From Felis catus (Eukaryota), in the NCBI RefSeq assembly GCF_018350175.1, contig NC_058368.1, forward strand, positions 210,368,001-210,432,000: a stretch of 64,000 nt of DNA, read 5' to 3'. The translations under genes and the position numbers were made by a program. Below, in pieces: positions 51,401-60,537 of this stretch. The stretch's first letter is position 1. Each line of letters begins with the position of its first letter. The notes beneath the pieces were generated by a model that was not told where the DNA came from, searched no databases, and was given only the letters and a program-made list of their open reading frames with translations.

Positions 51401-54290
51401 ATTCTGATGTACATTCAAGTTGGGTGACATAAGCTGAGATAAACTTTTCTTTTCAATAGTAATCTTATTTAGCTCTAAATAAGGTGGGCTAGAAATGCTA
51501 GAGATGGAAATACTCAAGTGTAGAATCTAGTCTCTGGTTTCAAGGGGCTACTCATGTGTTTGAGGAGACAATGCATACAGTGTCAATTTTACAATTGCCA
51601 AATAGATTATGATGTCAACGAATGTGTCAGGAATTCAGAGAAGAGGGAAATAAGTTGACAGGTAAGAAAAGAGCACTCAAGATCAAGAGAGAGACAGACA
51701 CAGAGTCACAATGAAAAAAAAAAAACAGATGAGAGAAGCAAAGGGAGGCATTGAGCTGATAGAAAGATGTATGTATGTATGTATATATGTATGTATGTAT
51801 GAATGTATGGATGGATGGACAGACAGAAGGGGATATATGTCTTGCTTAGCATTATTGTCTAGAGAGTTTCCTGGGTTCTGAGTCTTAGCTGGGTTCTGTC
51901 CAGGGCAAAGAATTTCTGTACAAGGGCAAGGCTTGTATATTAGTACATGCCCTTGGATACATCGTAAGCAAAATATCTTCAAATGGCTCCAACAGACCTT
52001 GAAATTCTCTTGGTATATTCTTCTGCCCTTCTTGCCTGCCCTGGTTTTCTCAAGCTTTTCATTCTGAAAATATTCATTCTGAAATATTGTGCTCTCTTTC
52101 TTATTTGAAACAGCTCACCCACGCATCCGTCTTTTTGTCACCCATGGTGGAATGAATAGCATCATGGAGGCCATCCAACATGGCGTGCCCATGGTGGGGA
52201 TTCCCCTCTTTGGAGACCAGCCAGAAAACCTGGTCCGAGTAGAAGCCAAAAAGTTTGGTGTCTCTATCCCATTAAAGCAGATAAAGGAAGAGACCTTGGC
52301 TGTGAAGATGAAACAAGTCATAGAAGACAAGAGGTATGGAACTCTCTGGGCTTTTGGTCACTTAGGTTGAATGAAGACATCAAACACAAAGAGTACCATG
52401 TGGCTCTTTTTGCAATAAAAGCTGAAACTTCCAAGACATGGAATAATATGTGTGTGATGCTAACAGCTGACCTGTTTTCCCTGAGAGCAAGAGTAGAAAA
52501 TTTAGGTTAGATGTTGAGAACAATTTGCACCTTATGGTTTTAAGCACCCTGTCCTACTTACACAGGACCTCTGAGAGGTCTAATGTTTATGGACTGCTTA
52601 TAGTAGAATTCCAAGTGAGGCAGGTTGACTTTGTGTCCACCAGTATACTACACCGTTTCCTGTCTCAGGCCCTTTGTCAGTGCTGCTCCCTAAAACATCC
52701 TTCCTTCTCCTCTCCTGTCTTGAAGGACTGGCTCCTTCCCTGCAGTCAGGCTCATCTCCAATGTCCTCTCCTCAGAGAGGTGGTCTTTGTCTGACAGTCC
52801 TAAATGCACTCCTCTCCCACCCTCTTCAGTCATAATTCATTTTTCCTTAACAGTTGTCAGGATTAGTAACTACCCCATTTCTTTCTGTTTCGATTTATTT
52901 TGTGTCCCCCACACTAGAAAGTAGAGAGGAAGCTCCTCTGAAGGACCAAGTGTGTCTCTTGTTTTCCCCTGTGCTCCCAGGGCTTCGCACAGGGCCTGCC
53001 ACAAAGTAAGTTGGGATGAATTTCTGTTAGGTGAGTCAGCAAAAGGGCCCATGATGTCTTAGGTAAAATTCCCATCCAGCACAATGGTCCCATGACCAAT
53101 TTTATTCTTTCTTCCTTATAACCAAGAAGGCCTGAATGACTTAATGTTTCAAGGACACAAAGTGACTCAGCCCTTAGGACTTATCATACTACCTTGCACA
53201 AAGGAGGCCCCCAGGAGTACTTGTTAGATGACTGAAGAATCACTGAAGCTTGTGATTCTTAGCCCCAGAAAACTTATTAAGTTCCAGGGGTCAGATAACC
53301 TCAGACATTTCATTATATTGGGTATTTCATATGTAGCAAATGATCACTCAGAAGAATGAGCTTGTAAATTTCATTGGCTATTCAAAGACCTAGACTCGAA
53401 ATGGCCATCATCTGCTGACCCTGATATGGAGTCATTGGGGCTGGGATGGTCCCTACACATTGTGTTTCAGGGCTGGGTATATAAAATGTGGAGCCCAAGT
53501 AAAATGGAAAGGTGGGCACCCTTGTTATAAAGATTAAGAATTTCAAGATGGTGACAGCATAGAATAAAGCAAGTGTAGGACCCATCTAAATGTGGGGTCC
53601 TGTCCAAATGTGGAGGCTGCAGCCCATGAAGCCAGTGCTGGCCAATATGATGCTCTGAAGAGGCAGAAAAGTTCAGGCCTCGTCCTGGGCTCCAGTCCAT
53701 AGAGTCACATATGTCACCTAGCCCAGACGCCAGCACAAAATAGCTGCTTATTATACATATATATTGTATGTATAATATATATGTTACATGTATATATTAT
53801 ATATATTGTATGTATAATATATATGTCACATGTATATATTATATATATTGTATGTATAATATATATGTCACATGTATATATTATACATATATTGCATGTA
53901 TAAAATATATGTTACATGTATATATTATGCATATATTGTATGTATAATATATATGTTACATATATATATATTATACATATATGTTGAATCCTGTATGTTA
54001 GTACACACACCTTGGATGCATCCCAAGCAGAGTATCTTTATAATGGCTCCAAAAGACTTTCAAATTCCTTTGATATTTCCTTCTGCCCTTACTACTTGCC
54101 CAGGTTTTCTGAAACTTTTCATTCTGGAAATTTTAATTCTGAATATTCTGCTCTCTTTCTTATTTGAAACAGCTTACCCACACATCCATGATATGTGTGT
54201 GTGTATTTTACATATATATATGTATGTATATGTACATACACACACACATATATACATACATATACATATATATGTATATGTACATGTATA

Positions 54291-54331
<41 letters not shown>

Positions 54332-54913
54332 GATAACATCACATCTATAGTTTGTGATAAGCCTCCTTGGGTGGAGACTAGCCCTGATAGACTTAGTCAT
54401 TTTTTTTTCTTTTTTTTATAGTTTAGCACATTTAGCATAGAGCATAGTCTTTGCATGGAGACACCAGTTTGAACTTTTCAGTAGAACCAGCTAGACTGTG
54501 GCAAGGCCAGGCCAGGCCAACAACTTTTCCTTGAAACTGAGTCTTCTGTGTGTGGAGGGAAGAGTGTGTGTGATACAAGGTCTCTAAGACTTCTGAGACC
54601 ACCTGAGTAACACCCCACCTCTGTGTCTGCCAACAGGTACAAGTCAGCAGCAGTGGCCGCCAGCATCATCAGGCGCTCCCACCCCCTGACCCCTGCCCAG
54701 AGGCTGGTGCGCTGGATCGACCACATCCTCCAGACAGGGAGTGCGGCCCACCTCAAGCCCCATGCCCTGCAGCAGCCATGGCATGAGCAGTACCTGCTGG
54801 ATGTCTTCTTGTTCCTGCTGGTGGTCACCCTGGGCACCCTGTGGCTCTGTGGGAAGCTGCTGGGCATGGTGGCCAGGTGGCTGTGTGGGGCCAGGAAGCT
54901 GAAGAGGGCCTGA
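28844..54913 (+). CDS. UGT3A2: UDP-glycosyltransferase 3A2-like, intact, 523 aa: join(28844..28937,31382..31483,44868..44982,47315..47846,50334..50565,52114..52333,54637..54913)
   Basis: Seven exons of 94/102/115/532/232/220/277 bp sum to 1572 nt; all introns GT-AG and phase-consistent. Signal peptide, GSH35 catalytic His, UGT signature [36 protein letters not shown]-terminal TM helix, KLKRA ER-retrieval motif. The A2 label rests on F391 and position next to LMBRD2; strict orthology is not proven. Confidence 0.93.
29011..29023 (+). promoter_or_regulatory. DR1 nuclear-receptor element (HNF4A-type) GGGCCAAAGGTCA
   Basis: Matches the HNF4/DR1 consensus with CAAAG core, 74 bp into intron 1. Motif match only. 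Confidence 0.5.
31382..31483 (+). CDS. UGT3A2: UGT3A2-like exon 2
   Basis: cctAG acceptor; [36 protein letters not shown] at 31484. Confidence 0.93.
31612..31660. repeat. (TG)n(CG)n microsatellite
   Basis: About 20 TG units followed by CGCGCG; alternating purine-pyrimidine tract. Confidence 0.95.
31941..32185 (+). mobile_element. Young Can-SINE (SINEC_Fc type)
   Basis: CpG-rich body, long A tail, perfect 16-bp TSD aagaaaggtctctcag at 31925-31940 and 32186-32201. Confidence 0.95.
32640..33180 (-). mobile_element. Old L1 3' end fragment (L1MB-like)
   Basis: cattcacattgttgtgcaaccatcac, gtctggctcatttcac and ttttaaggctgaataat motifs. Confidence 0.75.
33414..33860 (+). mobile_element. Two tandem Can-SINEs (33414-33615, 33627-33860)
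   Basis: Two heads and two (CT)n/A tails; aaag(c/a)gtctag TSD around the second. Confidence 0.9.
34432..40520 (-). mobile_element. Near full-length degenerate LINE-1, antisense in UGT3A2-like intron 2, with SINEs at 37496-37685 and 39583-39790 (+)
   Basis: Minus-strand ORF1 fragments (39283-39495, 38625-38921) and ORF2 fragments (36776-36973, 35178-35657); 3' end near 34440; multiple stops and deletions. Confidence 0.92.
40750..42640 (+). mobile_element. ERVL-MaLR: MLT1-type internal sequence plus MLT1 LTR (~42140-42640)
   Basis: LTR hallmarks gactttgcagatgtgatt..ggattttgagatggggagattatc..ggattatc, ctccagaactataagataata, tttattacagcagcaa..taatac. The internal assignment is less sure. Confidence 0.7.
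43213..43441 (+). mobile_element. Can-SINE
   Basis: TSD aaagattgtggcca on both sides. Confidence 0.93.
43599..43837. mobile_element. Tc1/mariner (Tigger-type) MITE
   Basis: ~35-bp imperfect TIRs (cagtgaaaccttgtattgcgagtaattgttctg / cagaacaaattatgctcacaaaccaaagtgttact) flanked by TA. Confidence 0.75.
44868..44982 (+). CDS. UGT3A2: UGT3A2-like exon 3
   Basis: ttctAG acceptor; [45 protein letters not shown] donor at 44983. Confidence 0.9.
45447..45491. repeat. (ATTT)n microsatellite
   Basis: About 11 perfect units. Confidence 0.95.
46880..47046 (-). mobile_element. Diverged Can-SINE
   Basis: gaggatctgaagcaagctctgc...cacccaggcatccc. Confidence 0.8.
47315..47846 (+). CDS. UGT3A2: UGT3A2-like exon 4
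   Basis: Within ORF 47265-47909; [29 protein letters not shown]...[20 protein letters not shown] donor at 47847. Confidence 0.95.
48519..48745 (-). mobile_element. Can-SINE (a short SINE fragment also lies at ~48105-48210)
   Basis: Poly-T, (GA)n and body; TSD ctgc(a/c)atagaag. Confidence 0.88.
49731..49861 (-). mobile_element. Isolated internal L1 ORF2 fragment
   Basis: Encodes [43 protein letters not shown]; no 3'UTR or poly(A). Confidence 0.9.
50334..50565 (+). CDS. UGT3A2: UGT3A2-like exon 5
   Basis: [23 protein letters not shown]...[15 protein letters not shown] acceptor, GTAAG donor. Confidence 0.95.
52114..52333 (+). CDS. UGT3A2: UGT3A2-like exon 6 (UDP-sugar binding signature)
   Basis: [38 protein letters not shown]...IEDKR; CAG acceptor, GTATGG donor. 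Confidence 0.95.
53750..53985. repeat. AT-rich minisatellite, ~5 copies of a 42-44 bp quasi-palindromic unit
   Basis: The ttg(t/c)atgta anchor recurs with its G at 53766, 53808, 53850, 53894 and 53938. Confidence 0.92.
54190..54332. repeat. Compound (TG)/(TA)/(CA) microsatellite
   Basis: Alternating purine-pyrimidine tract visible directly. Confidence 0.92.
54637..54913 (+). CDS. UGT3A2: UGT3A2-like exon 7 (TM helix and dilysine tail)
   Basis: [16 protein letters not shown]...[23 protein letters not shown]...RKLKRA*. Confidence 0.95.
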
Positions 54914-55089
54914 TGGGGGTGCAGCCTTGATGGGTGTTTGGGGAGCCACTGGTTCTAGAAGGCTTTCCCCAGCACAGGGCAGCCCTGGTGTCTTCCCCAT
55001 ATTGGCACCTGAGGGTGGCACACAAATTGCTCTTCACTGTTTGCTGCCTCTGTTTAAAAGTTCTTGTGAAACACTCTTGGGCATCTTTT

Positions 55090-55330
55090 AAAAAAAAATT
55101 GTGGTAATATGTACAGCACATAAAATTGACCGTTTTAGCCATTAAGTATAGAGTTTAGTGGCATTAGGCATTCTTGTTGTGGTGTAAACATTACTATCAT
55201 CCAGTTCCAGAACGTTTCATCTTCCTTAACTCAGACTGCACTGATGAAATAATAACTGCCATACCACCCACATCCCAACCCCTGAAGCTCTTGGCAACCT
55301 CTGTTCTACTTTCTGTGTCTGTGAATTTGA
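55090..55330 (-). mobile_element. Old L1 3' end fragment
   Basis: ttgtggtaa..cataaaattgacc..ttagtggcattag..ctctgttctactttctgtgtctgtgaatttga. Confidence 0.7.
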
Positions 55331-56211
55331 TCTTGGCTTCTTGACTTGCCTCTCATCAATCAAGTCCTCACTCAGACCCACACCTTCAGCAGACAGCCCC
55401 GCCTTCCACTGCACTCCACACTCCCTGTTTCCAGGCACAGCACCCTGCTTACTTCCTCCTGTTGTTCCCTGGAAAGGAGGTATGTGCAAAACTACCTTCA
55501 AAGAGCGAAGAAGCCATGAAACTGAAGAAAAAGACCAACAAGTCCAGCTTGATGACAAATGGTTTATTAAGGGGACATATGGACAGAAGCTTGTCCATCT
55601 CGTGGGACACCACAAGATGAGTCAATGTCCACAACCCCACCCCCTAACAGACCTGCTTTTATGGCCCTAAAGGCTGGTGAGCACTTTCTGGGGGGCTACC
55701 CAGGAGGAATCATATCCAGAGCAGATCCAGGAAGCTTTGCCTGGAGGGTTTACTCACAGGTGTAGTTAAACAAAAGAGAAGAATGGGGGGACAGGCTGTA
55801 TTTAAGAGGCTTTAGGTCACAAAGCAGTCATCATAGTGGAATTTCTCAAGATGGCTTTTGTCTGGTTCATATACTCACTCTCTCAGAAACTTCTCAGTCC
55901 CTTTCCTTCTTTCTGTTCTTTCATTTTTCATGATGGCATAAGATCTTGGCCAGTTCTTCCATTTTGGGTTTTCCTCTTGCATCTTCTTCTCACCTCACCT
56001 CCAAGCTCAGGAAGCCTGGCCTCTGTTCTGCAGTTAGGCAGGGGTGACTCTCCCAGGACTCCACCTGTGGTCTCTGTCCCAAGTCAGTCCTGGGAGAGCA
56101 CCTCCTTTGCTGGTCAGACCTGGAGGCTGTCTTTGGCCACAGCTGATGCTATGGTTTTCACTTCCCACAATTTCCTTCTCAAGTTTCCCACTCTTAAAAA
56201 TGTAGTCACAG

Positions 56212-56430
56212 AGGAGTGCCTGGGTGGGTCATTTGGTTAAGCGTCCAACTTCAGCTCAGGTTATGATCATGTGGTTCATAAATTCGAACCCCTCGATGGG
56301 CTCTGTGCTGACAGCTCAGAGCCTGGAACCTGCTTCAGATTCTGTGTCTCCCTCTCTCCCTGCCCCTTCCCCACTCACAGTCTGTCTCTATCTCTGTCTC
56401 AAAAATAAATAAGCATTAAAAAAATGTAAA
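56212..56430 (+). mobile_element. Can-SINE
   Basis: Full body; TSD-like aaaaatgta(g/a)tca. Confidence 0.9.
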
Positions 56431-58048
56431 AAATGTAATCAACAATACCTCTAGTACAGAACCCGGACCTCTCTGTGAAGTTCTGAGGCATCCGGTCCAG
56501 TGACTATGGCAGTTCTGAGGACTTTGTTGATTTAAAAAAAAAACATAATCTTTGAAAAGGTAAGAAATATAAAAGATGATAAAATGAATGAGTAAAATTT
56601 GATGAGGAACAGAATATGTATACAGTTTCAAAATGTCTCCTTGCATCTAATTTCCTAATTATAGGGTAAAAAATACCAATGTTACAATCAAGATCTTGGT
56701 GAACACCACTTTAAATAAGCGTTAGAGTTATCTCTAATGATAGGACCATCTGACATCATGTGTTTCTCAGTGTGATTCACTGAGATGGAATCAACACCAC
56801 CTTAGTAGTAGTCCCACCATGTCCCCTAGTAACTTGAAGTATAATGAGAAAACATCAGACAAACCCAACTTGGAATCCATCATACAAATAAGCAGCTTGT
56901 ACTTTTTAAATCATCAATGACAAGAAAGACAAAGAATAGCTGAGAAGCAAATTCTTACTAAAGGAGATGATATAGACATGATAACTAAATGCAATGTGTG
57001 ATCCTGGCTTGGTTCCTGCACCAGCAAATTCATTTCACAACATGGGATATTATTGGGACAATCGGATGTAATGAAGTAAGGTAAATAAAGTAGTGTGATT
57101 GCCTGTTTTAAAAAATTGTGTCTTCCTAAGCAGATTAATTTTTCCACTGGGAAGATATAATATCTGAGCAGAGGGTAACTGAAAGTGTATGACTGTAATC
57201 ACATAGCTTCATACTATAGCACAAATACAGAAAGATTATGAAGGGAAAGAAATGGAATAAGGTTGACAGAGTTTACAAATCTTTCTAATAAATAATTTCA
57301 AACATTTATAAGAACAGAACTTCTTGCTGCCCACCACACAGTCCTATTTAGTATGCCCATTCAGAATTATAGACTTAACCTTTAGAGGTTCAGTCCTTCA
57401 GGTCAATACTTGGCCATCCACCTAGGGGTGCTAAACATTTTGGGACACTAGCACTTTCACCATATGTTACTTTCCTAAGAAACTTCCTGAGCAATAAGTG
57501 TAGGTCATTTTCATTTGGGAATAAGCTTCTGGGATTTTGACATTGGAACACTTAAAGAGATTTAAGGAGGTACCTGGGGAAATGGGGCAGGGGGATGACA
57601 GTAGGAGGTCAATAGTGTAATTAAGAGGTGGGAAAATTTGGGGAAAGGTCCCTAAAATGTAGATAGGTCTGAGTCATCTTGGAAGTGACTTCCTAAGGTT
57701 CAGAGTATCTTCTCTGCAGAGAGTGTGGTGATTACTCAGACAGAGAAGGGTTAAGGAGAGCTCGCTAACTCCTCCTTCCTGCTGCTCCTGGTTAGGGAGG
57801 GTGAAGTCCAAATAGCCAGTGGAGCAAGCACGCAGGAGGAGGAGCAGAAAGGCCAGAAACTATAAACAGAAAAGAAAACAGACAGAACCCATCTCTCACC
57901 TCTTCCCAAGCTTCCTACCAGAGATTTTCCTTGGCTGCCAGTGCAAAGCTTGTCCCCAAGGCATACAGGTCGCCGTGAGGGACTCAGAGAAGCAAAGCGC
58001 AGGGCTCTGGGCACAAGGCTGGGATCTGCAGCTGGTACAGGAGGGAGC

Positions 58049-58142
58049 ATGACAGGCCAGCGGGCGCTGCTATTAGCTGGCTTTCTTCTGTCTGGGTTCC
58101 TGCTCCCAGAGGCCGCCAAAATTCTGACTGGATCCTCACTGG
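58049..58142 (+). CDS. Second UGT3A paralog (UGT3A1 position by synteny), exon 1
   Basis: agc[34 protein letters not shown]; 94 bp; GTGAGT donor at 58143. The rest of the gene is outside the window, so intactness is unknown. Confidence 0.85.
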
Positions 58143-60376
58143 GTGAGTGCTGGCAACAGAATCAGACACAGGCGCATCCCAGATGCTCAATCTAGCCCTG
58201 ATTCATAGGTCATTCTTTGTGGTTTTCCAGAGCTTGTTTGGATCCCAGGATAGAGGAGGGAGAGGTGGAAAGGCGGGGGGTTCACAGAGGGGTCCCCACT
58301 GCTGGTGTGGGGAAGCTAGTTCTGGAAAAAGCAATGGTTTTCTTTCCTCTTTTTTACCTTTTCTGGAGGTGTGTCGTATTCTGCATTGCTGGGGCCAGAA
58401 TTTCGATCCAATGCTGACCTAGCGACCTTGAGCTGCCTACTCCTGGGTGCAGCTGGGATTTTCAGAGGCACACCTTAAAAGTCTGAGGGCGCGGTAGTTG
58501 CCAATAGAAAGTGGAAGGTGAGGTCACTTTCAGGCTCTTGCAGGCCAAGAAAAGGGACTCCTGGGCTTAGCAGCACAAACGGGGACTGTTTCACTAATAG
58601 GAAACCTGGAAACTGACTGGGCAGAGAAAATCAATTGGGAACAGGTTTCTCTTTTGCCCTTGCTGCTAGAAGGCTTTGAAGGACAGTGAAACAGTTAATT
58701 CTGTGTGAACCCAGTTTTAATGCCTTTACTTTTGCTCCAAAGGAAACAGAAATGGAACAGGAACATTTATCAGGATAAAGAGGCATCATAAAATGGAGTT
58801 CCCCCAAGATATTTTTTTTGATCCATTCTGACAGGATACGGGGCTCCTGGGGTCACTTTTAGATCCCCAAGAATCTGGGGATCGTGGGCTAGAAGAAACC
58901 ATTGAGATCATCTAATTGGGCATCTCCCTTTTATTTCCTGACAGGGAACCTAAGGGTCAGGGAAATGAGGGGCCTTTTGCAAGAGCACACCAGACCTCCC
59001 TGATGTCACACACCTGGACTTAACCTACTGTTTCTTACCTCAAACCTGTCCTCTTCCCCAGACTCTATGCTGTACAGTGGGGATTCCTAAAAATAAGTAT
59101 TGAAAAAACTCTGTTTTCCATTTTAAATCTATTTTTAATGATAGTTAAAGGCAACAGAAAAAAAGAATTGCCCCACCTCTTGAAATTGCATGTCCTCTGG
59201 ACTCTGAGAGCGGACAGGTGTGGTTTGGAGGTGTTGGAAACCCTGCCTCTGCCCCAGAATGCACTGGGATCACCATGGTCCTCAGGAATGGCTGCCTCTG
59301 CAGGAAGCCTTCTCCCCTGCATCCATTTCTTACAGGGGTTAAAGGTGAGCCAGAGAAGGCATCTAAGGGTGTAGTGTTTGTGCTTTTATGTAATCTGTGT
59401 TACATCAGGCAACACAAGTATAGATATAAAAAACTAGAATGATTTCCACAGATATACACCATTACTGTAGTCCTACATTCATCTGTCCTGACCCAATCAT
59501 CATGAGATCATTGTCTTCCAAACAGCCCCCACTTTCCAACATAGGCAAATTCTACTCCTTGACCCATAGATTCAAGCAAAGTGCTCCATGATATTACATG
59601 GTTTTAGACATTGGTGTGATAATCTGTACCTCCACAGAGAATCACACTTCTATTTCCTTAGGATCCCAGGATTTTCCTATGTTGGGTGATGTCCCAGTTT
59701 TATATACATACAGGATCCTACAGTTCTACCCAAAGGGTCCATAGTTATCCTGAATGCTTTAATTTGATGTTAAGTAAAATGCAGGACCCAACTGAGGAAC
59801 ATCCTGCCAAATATATTTGAATCTGAAGAATCTTGGCTCTGAGCAGTGGCTCTATCCACTTCTGCTTCTGTGGCTTGGACTGATATTCATGTTCCCATGT
59901 TTCTGGCTTCCATGTTAACATAAATTTCCAGACAGAAGGATTCCAGAAATAGCTTTGATTGATTGTCCTTTAGAAACCCATTATTCTCACATACATAGTC
60001 TTGTGCCAAAATTTTCCACAAATTTCCTTTCCTAAAGGACACAGTACCTCCATAAAGGCAGCCTAAATTGCAGCATGTGCCTAGGATTGGGAACTCCTTT
60101 AGGCTTAAGCTAGAGAAGGTCATCTCACTGGCATGGAGATCTTGAACTGCAAAAAGGAATCTTTCATGTAAGATTGCTACAAATTAAGACTTGGTCAGAA
60201 AGAAGGAGGGTATCTGGTCTGGGGTTTACCCAAAATGAAACCAAAGGACTAAAATAACTCATCTTCTACTGACCACCAATTCTCTGCTACCTTATCCTGG
60301 ATCTCCAGATCCCCCACATCAATTTCAGACCCTCTGTTCTCACCTTTACAAAAATAAAATTTTATATTATTCCTAG

Positions 60377-60478
60377 GTGGAAGCCATTATCTACTGCTGG
60401 ACCGGGTATCTCAGATTCTACAAGATCATGGTCATAATGTAACCATGCTTCTTTATGGAGGAGATTATTTAAACCCAA
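60377..60478 (+). CDS. Second UGT3A paralog, exon 2
   Basis: cctAG acceptor; [34 protein letters not shown]; 102 bp; GTAAGT donor at 60479. Confidence 0.88.
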
Positions 60479-60537
60479 GTAAGTTTTTTTTCTGGTAATT
60501 ATTAAATTTATCTATCCCAGTAAAGGATATACAATGT

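Noticed and set aside
53750..53985. Regularly spaced repeats resembling a CRISPR array
   Set aside because: No unique spacers, no cas genes, mammalian context; it is a minisatellite.
55480..55860. Possible LTR-like segment downstream of exon 7 (similarly ~44050-44350)
   Set aside because: Termini and family could not be established from the sequence alone.
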